From positions 1 through 64,000 of the IMG/VR virus record IMGVR_UViG_3300042356_001708: a stretch of 64,000 nt of DNA. The stretch is one strand, 5' to 3'. Made by a program: the position numbers and the translations under genes. Below are positions 58,879 to 64,000 of the stretch, one piece after another (position 1 is the first letter of the stretch; every line of letters starts with the position of its first letter). Under the pieces are notes generated by a model. That model saw nothing but the letters and a program-made list of their open reading frames with translations. It was not told the origin of the DNA and made no database searches. The stretch is from a virus.

Positions 58879-59017
58879 TTACTCACAGGGTAGAAACCTT
58901 GAATTTTATTATTTAGCAAAATTTCTTCATATATCGTATAGTGATTTTATGATAATGCCTATAAGCACTAGAAGATTTCTTTTGGATAAACTAGTAAGTG
59001 ATAGCCGACAAGAGTAA
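58859..59017 (+). CDS. Probable frameshift extension (gpT-like/gp51-like) of the chaperone, in the +1 frame
   Basis: FFVLSSDYSQGRNLEFYYLAKFLHISYSDFMIMPISTRRFLLDKL...; frame is closed at 58835 and has no ATG before the MIMP core. Confidence 0.55.
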   Translation, partial: FFVLSSDYSQGRNLEFYYLAKFLHISYSDFMIMPISTRRFLLDKLVSDSRQE

Positions 59018-59052
59018 ATTTAGTTATTAAGGTATTTATTTAAAAAAAACTT

Positions 59053-61017
59053 ATGTTACAAACAGGAGAATCAGGTGAAGCTGGTAAAACAGAAAAACTG
59101 CAAACAAAAGATTTAGCCGACCCGTTAACGGAAGCCGGTGAAAGTATGGCAACGTATTTTAAAAATGCGTTTAATCCTGCTGAAATTTTAAAGTCGTTTG
59201 CATCAATTTTTAGTCAATTAGAAGGACTTGCATCGTCGTTTAATAAAACGATGGGTGGAGGTGATATATACTCTCAAAAAATTAAACAAAATCTTATTGC
59301 GGGTAAAGAAGCGGCTGAAGAATATGGTTTTACATTCGCAGATATTGCGTCTTTACAACAAAAAATTACTGAACAGGAACAAACTAATTTTACATTACAG
59401 GGGGACCAATATGAAAGATTTTTAGTTCAAGCTGAGTTAACAAAGGGTATATCACAAACTGCAGTTCAGGCTGCGTCTAGTAATTACGAAACTTTTAAAA
59501 ATTTAGGATTAACCGTTCAAGGAACACTAAAAAGTTCTGAAGATATTATACAATCGGCATCAAGATATGGTGTAAGTGCCAGTGCGGTATTTAAACAAAT
59601 TAACGCAAATGCTTCTGAGTTAAATCTATTTAATTTTGATAATGGAGTTCAAGGAATGGCTAAAATGGCGACTGAATCAATTTTGTTTAAAGCTAATATG
59701 AAGACCACTTTGGATTTGGCAAACAATTTATTTGACCCTCAGAAGGCTCTTGATATGGCTGCGGGTCTACAAAGAATGGGGGTCCAAGTAACAGGAATGT
59801 TAGACCCAATATCTTTAATGAACATGGCTGAAAATGACCCTGCGGAGTTACAAAGAAATATTGTTGAGATATCAAAATCATTTATGGAATTTGATGAAAA
59901 ACAACAAAGATTTGTTGTTATGCCAGGGGCTCAAAGACAGATTAGAGAAGTTGCAGCAACATTAGGTATACCGGCTAAAGAGTTGGAAAAAATGGGTAGA
60001 AATGCTTTTGAATTGGAAGCTAAAATGGGACAAATTAAATTTCCAAGTATTGATGAATTTGCAAGTGAGGAAGCTAGAACGATGGTTGCGAATATGGCTC
60101 AACTTAATGAGACAACTGGAAAATATGAAATTGAAGTTTATGATAAAGACCTAGGTTATAATGTTATTAAAGCTGTTGATGACCTTAAAAAAGATGATTT
60201 AAAGGGTGTTGAAAAAGCTCAACAAAACGCAAATAAAAGTACTGAGGAATTATTAAGAGATGCGAATGGACATTTAGCGAATATTTCAAACGCATTTAAA
60301 GCGGGAACAAGTAGAGTTCCGACCGCTTTGGCAGCATCAAAAGTTGCTCAGGATAAAGTGTCGTTTGCAGGGGGGTCTGTTGAACCTGTTGTTCAGACAT
60401 TAATGGATGTTTTATATGGAGAAGAAGGGACAAAAGGTATTACAACTAAAATTAACTTGGCGAGTAAACAAATTGACCAAATGTTAGAGTCCCTCATCAA
60501 GGGTGAAACAACTTTGGCAGATGCTGGAAAAAAACTGACAGAGGTTATTAAAGAGATTGGGGCAAAAAAAATAGAAGATTTTAAAGAATTTTCAGATGTT
60601 TATGGGAAAAACCAACAGGAAGCATTCCAAAGCAATCCCGAATACGACACCCCGTTTCAAATTACTCCTGATATGATTAATGCCTTACAAAATTTTGTAA
60701 AATCTTTAATGAATGGTAGACAAGTTTCCGATGGTGTAATTAGTCCAGATGGTGGCTTAGTTGTAATGGGTGAAAAAGGAAGTTTTTTTGCTGATAAAGA
60801 CGACTCAGTTTTATTATCTCCAAATATACCAACGGGTAGTTCTGATAATAAATCAGGGGGTCAAACCAATTCAACGGTTACTGCATCGGGTAAGGTTGAA
60901 ATTGAACATAAGTTTAGTGGAGTTGAAGCGTGGTTTAAAGATTATATGTTATCCCAAGGGTTCTTGGCGGATTTCGTTCCAACTTTAGAAAAGTTTTTAA
61001 CAAAAACGGAAGGTTAA
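59053..61017 (+). CDS. Putative tape measure protein
   Basis: Ala/Gln/Lys-rich helical composition; canonical position after tube and chaperone; C-terminal DGVISP.G. Confidence 0.6.
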   Translation: MLQTGESGEAGKTEKLQTKDLADPLTEAGESMATYFKNAFNPAEILKSFASIFSQLEGLASSFNKTMGGGDIYSQKIKQNLIAGKEAAEEYGFTFADIASLQQKITEQEQTNFTLQGDQYERFLVQAELTKGISQTAVQAASSNYETFKNLGLTVQGTLKSSEDIIQSASRYGVSASAVFKQINANASELNLFNFDNGVQGMAKMATESILFKANMKTTLDLANNLFDPQKALDMAAGLQRMGVQVTGMLDPISLMNMAENDPAELQRNIVEISKSFMEFDEKQQRFVVMPGAQRQIREVAATLGIPAKELEKMGRNAFELEAKMGQIKFPSIDEFASEEARTMVANMAQLNETTGKYEIEVYDKDLGYNVIKAVDDLKKDDLKGVEKAQQNANKSTEELLRDANGHLANISNAFKAGTSRVPTALAASKVAQDKVSFAGGSVEPVVQTLMDVLYGEEGTKGITTKINLASKQIDQMLESLIKGETTLADAGKKLTEVIKEIGAKKIEDFKEFSDVYGKNQQEAFQSNPEYDTPFQITPDMINALQNFVKSLMNGRQVSDGVISPDGGLVVMGEKGSFFADKDDSVLLSPNIPTGSSDNKSGGQTNSTVTASGKVEIEHKFSGVEAWFKDYMLSQGFLADFVPTLEKFLTKTEG

Positions 61018-61055
61018 AAATCATATAAAACTATATGAATAGTATTTATTAATGT

Positions 61056-64000
61056 ATGCCGATAGATAGTCCATTATCATTTTTTAATACTGAAAATTTC
61101 AGGAATGGTTTAGTCGTAAGAAACTTACAACCATATACGATTGCGGGTTCTTATACTCCACCTGTTGCTCAACAAAATTTTGAATATGTTCAGAGTAATT
61201 TTTCAGTTATTGATTCACCTGATAGTTTAATTGCTGACCCACCCTCTAATTTAGTCCCACCCCAATATCATGGATTATATGTTTTAAATGAATATGGACC
61301 TGAAGGTGGATATGGTGTGACAATAACACAATCTTTACCTTTAGTTCAAAACGCTAATGCTGGCGAGTATGATGTTATGGACGCTTCACTTCCACAACAA
61401 AGTTTAGTGGGACAAGGGTGGCCAAATTATGCTCAAGTTACGGCAGAACAAAATATTCCTGCGTTAAATAAGTATTCATTTGACCAAGTGTTCTTGGAGG
61501 AGATAAATAACTTACAATTTGTCCCAACGTATTCATTTTACGCCAACCCAACACCTGTTAATTTTTTACCATCTTCATATTCTCCATATTCAATTCTTTT
61601 TGATAATACACCACAAGGAGATAATGGGTCACTTTCACAGGATAGTCAGTTGGCCCAACTTGGGGCGACCTTTTTAAGGGATGCGTTACAATATAGAGTA
61701 GATAGAGAAATTGAAAGAGCGACATTTGGTCGTGAGAATCTTTCAGAAGCTTTGAGTGACCCTGTCGCATTGGCACAAGTTGCAAGTGGTAGAATTCCTT
61801 TAATTGAAAAGAATTACTCAATTACAGTTCCTGAAAATCCTATTGATTTTGCAGCTAATTTCTTATTGAAGTTATCAGGAACATATTTTCCAGCATCTCC
61901 TATTCCTGGTGATTACTTTGATGAAGATATGGCTCAGTGGAGACCTACTGCTGCCAATCAAATTGTTTCCGCATTTGCGGGAGGTAGAGACCCAAGAACA
62001 ATATTTGGAAGTTTAGATACTAATACAGATTATTCACAAGTATTTTTAAGTAATACAGGGCAAGGACAAAGGTCTGCGTTATTTAATAACATTGATTATA
62101 ACAAATATAAGCCAAGATATAATAGAGGTTTAGCAAGAAATCTTGGTAGAGGTCTTTTAGAAATTATTGAAAGATTAACTGATGGGGAAGAAGCTCCACC
62201 GTCAGATTTTTATATTGGACAGAATAACTCAGACCCATCATCAATTTTCTCACCTCCAGGTCAATTACCTACAAATTCAGTTGGACAACAGGTTAAATCA
62301 CCTGTTATTGGACCTGATGCGATGGGTAAGTTGTATGAGGGGGAAGACCAAGATTTTAAATTTGGTTTAAAAGGTAACCCAACAATTAATGCTGGAGGTA
62401 TTGCTGGTGGTTTTGTTTGGACATCCCAAGGGTATAATAATCCTGGATTCGGAGCAAAAGTCGGAGGAGATTTTTCCTCAAGTCAAGACCCTGAATTTAA
62501 TCAGATTAGTAGTCAATTTGATGGTAATTATAGTTCATCAAATGTTAATTTCAAAAATGGTAGTATATTAGATAATACTCAGAGATTATTAGACTCAACA
62601 CCTGCAGGTACTGCTAGATTGGGACATGTCGGTAACGCAATTAATCAATTATCTAAAGTTTTCCATGACGGATATAGAGAGTTGACAAAAGGTTCAAGAG
62701 TTGTTAGTTATACGTATGATTCCGCGACAAACCAACATGGAGGGGGAGTAGAATATTGTAGAGTGTTTGCTAAAGATACTCCATACTATACTTATAATGA
62801 TTTACAAAAGACAGACGGTATTACTACCTCTGGAAGAAAGTTCACATATTCAATAATTGATAATACATACAATTTAAATATTGCTCCGTTAAAAAATCCA
62901 GGGTCAACAAATATTGTTGATAATAAAGTTAAAAAGTATATGTTCTCAATTGAGAATTTAGCTTGGAGAACTTCAAACAGACCTGGATTTACGTATGATG
63001 ATTTACCTGTTTGTGAGAGAGGACCTAATGGAGGTAGAGTTATGTGGTTTCCACCGTATGATTTATCATTTAATGAGACAATATCACCAAGGTTTGATAG
63101 TGTTGAAATTTTGGGAAGACCTGAGCCTGTTTATACTTATAGAAACACAACCCGTTCTGGTTCATTGAGTTGGAAAATGATTGTTGACCATCCTTCGGTA
63201 TTGAATACAATCACTAATAAGATATTACAAAACGAGTCAAATGTTGAAAGAGTTAACTCAATTGTTGATTCATTTTTTGCAGGATGTTTAAAATATGACC
63301 TGTATGAATTAGCGAGAAGATTTACAACTATCCCAACAAGAGATTTATTTACTTATCAACAAATTATCACAAACCCATCTGTTAATGCTGACCAATTGGC
63401 TCAAGTTGGTGCTGAAGCGGGTATAAATACAACTAGTACTGATGAAGGGGTTATTGAAGGTGATGAGGGTATTAATGGTGGTGGAGGAGGAAACGGAACT
63501 GGAGGTTCTGAGACTAAACCTGAAACTAATAAAACGGACCCTGGTTCTGATTTAAACAATAAATATTTGAATTTAGGATGGTATTTTCATAACGATGTTC
63601 CACCACCACAACAAAAGGGTGTTGCTACGGCTAGTTATAGTTGGAAAACAGCATATAACAGCTATATTGGAATGAAATCAAAGTATAATACTAACGCACC
63701 TGCTGCAAATAGACAACAAGTTGCAAATACTTTTACGAATGTTGTTGAACATAATGCCACTATTGAAAAAGATTTTAGAAAAGATGTCGTATCAGTTTTA
63801 AATAATAATACAAATATTAAAACAATTACAATAACTTTAGTTGGAAGTGCGTCAAGACCTGCGACTATTCAATATAACGAGTGGTTATCTAAAAGAAGGA
63901 TTGATTCTGTTTTACAATGGTTTAAAGAAGATACTACGGATTACGGTAAGGCCTTTCAAAAATTTATTGAAGATAAAAAAATTGTAATAAATCAAGAACC
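61056..64000 (+). CDS. Large baseplate/tail-associated protein with an OmpA-like domain, 3' truncated (absent from track because it has no stop)
   Basis: ATG 61056 (MPIDSPLSFF...). The segments I translated (start, ~62930-63200, 63540-end) are stop-free and share one frame: KYMFSIENLAW, GGRVMWFPPYDL, GRPEPVYTY.NT.RSG, ITLVGSAS...YNEWLSKRRIDSV. Confidence 0.75.
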   Translation, partial: MPIDSPLSFFNTENFRNGLVVRNLQPYTIAGSYTPPVAQQNFEYVQSNFSVIDSPDSLIADPPSNLVPPQYHGLYVLNEYGPEGGYGVTITQSLPLVQNANAGEYDVMDASLPQQSLVGQGWPNYAQVTAEQNIPALNKYSFDQVFLEEINNLQFVPTYSFYANPTPVNFLPSSYSPYSILFDNTPQGDNGSLSQDSQLAQLGATFLRDALQYRVDREIERATFGRENLSEALSDPVALAQVASGRIPLIEKNYSITVPENPIDFAANFLLKLSGTYFPASPIPGDYFDEDMAQWRPTAANQIVSAFAGGRDPRTIFGSLDTNTDYSQVFLSNTGQGQRSALFNNIDYNKYKPRYNRGLARNLGRGLLEIIERLTDGEEAPPSDFYIGQNNSDPSSIFSPPGQLPTNSVGQQVKSPVIGPDAMGKLYEGEDQDFKFGLKGNPTINAGGIAGGFVWTSQGYNNPGFGAKVGGDFSSSQDPEFNQISSQFDGNYSSSNVNFKNGSILDNTQRLLDSTPAGTARLGHVGNAINQLSKVFHDGYRELTKGSRVVSYTYDSATNQHGGGVEYCRVFAKDTPYYTYNDLQKTDGITTSGRKFTYSIIDNTYNLNIAPLKNPGSTNIVDNKVKKYMFSIENLAWRTSNRPGFTYDDLPVCERGPNGGRVMWFPPYDLSFNETISPRFDSVEILGRPEPVYTYRNTTRSGSLSWKMIVDHPSVLNTITNKILQNESNVERVNSIVDSFFAGCLKYDLYELARRFTTIPTRDLFTYQQIITNPSVNADQLAQVGAEAGINTTSTDEGVIEGDEGINGGGGGNGTGGSETKPETNKTDPGSDLNNKYLNLGWYFHNDVPPPQQKGVATASYSWKTAYNSYIGMKSKYNTNAPAANRQQVANTFTNVVEHNATIEKDFRKDVVSVLNNNTNIKTITITLVGSASRPATIQYNEWLSKRRIDSVLQWFKEDTTDYGKAFQKFIEDKKIVINQE

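Noticed and set aside
75-62571. Short 60-150 aa ORFs nested in or antisense to long genes (e.g. 2062..2373, 21355..21807, 58500..58919, 61558..61821)
   Set aside because: They overlap well-supported CDSs and show no recognisable motifs.
1-64000. Stop-codon reassignment as in some Bacteroidota jumbo phages
   Set aside because: Conserved genes are full length under code 11, and TAG (46293) and TGA (15332, 58878) end genes at sensible positions.
1-64000. Cellular or NCLDV origin suggested by SOD, GT60 and many glycosyltransferases
   Set aside because: The gp23 capsid, sheath, tube and neck genes and bacterial-type promoters define a tailed phage; the GT genes show no obvious compositional break.

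Overview
AT-rich segment of a large T4-like (myovirus) jumbo phage genome, read with the standard genetic code. The host is most likely a Bacteroidota: there are TTTG-N19/20-TAnnTTTG promoters, A-rich translation starts without Shine-Dalgarno motifs, and a Sec signal peptide followed by Gln. The window carries head genes (scaffold, gp23-like major capsid protein), neck and tail genes (gp13/14/15-like, sheath, tube, chaperone, tape measure, spike, baseplate), PolB, an SNF2 helicase, a gp55-like sigma factor, PhoH, dUTPase, a Mn-SOD fusion and two glycosyltransferase/methyltransferase clusters. The strongest candidate for an undescribed system is a phage-encoded mucin-type protein O-glycosylation pathway. 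A GT60 (Gnt1/ppGlcNAcT-like) enzyme, a 2OG-Fe(II) oxygenase, fucosyltransferase-like and methyltransferase-GT fusion genes lie directly beside probable virion proteins carrying Thr/Pro-rich mucin-like linkers, and the tail sheath has one such linker too. Other signals: a recurring TATTTAT late-promoter motif, a probable +1/-2 tail-chaperone frameshift, two micro-ORFs and one large ORF missed by the ORF track, and modular anchor-linker-payload proteins. All product calls come from motif recognition by eye; no database searches were run.
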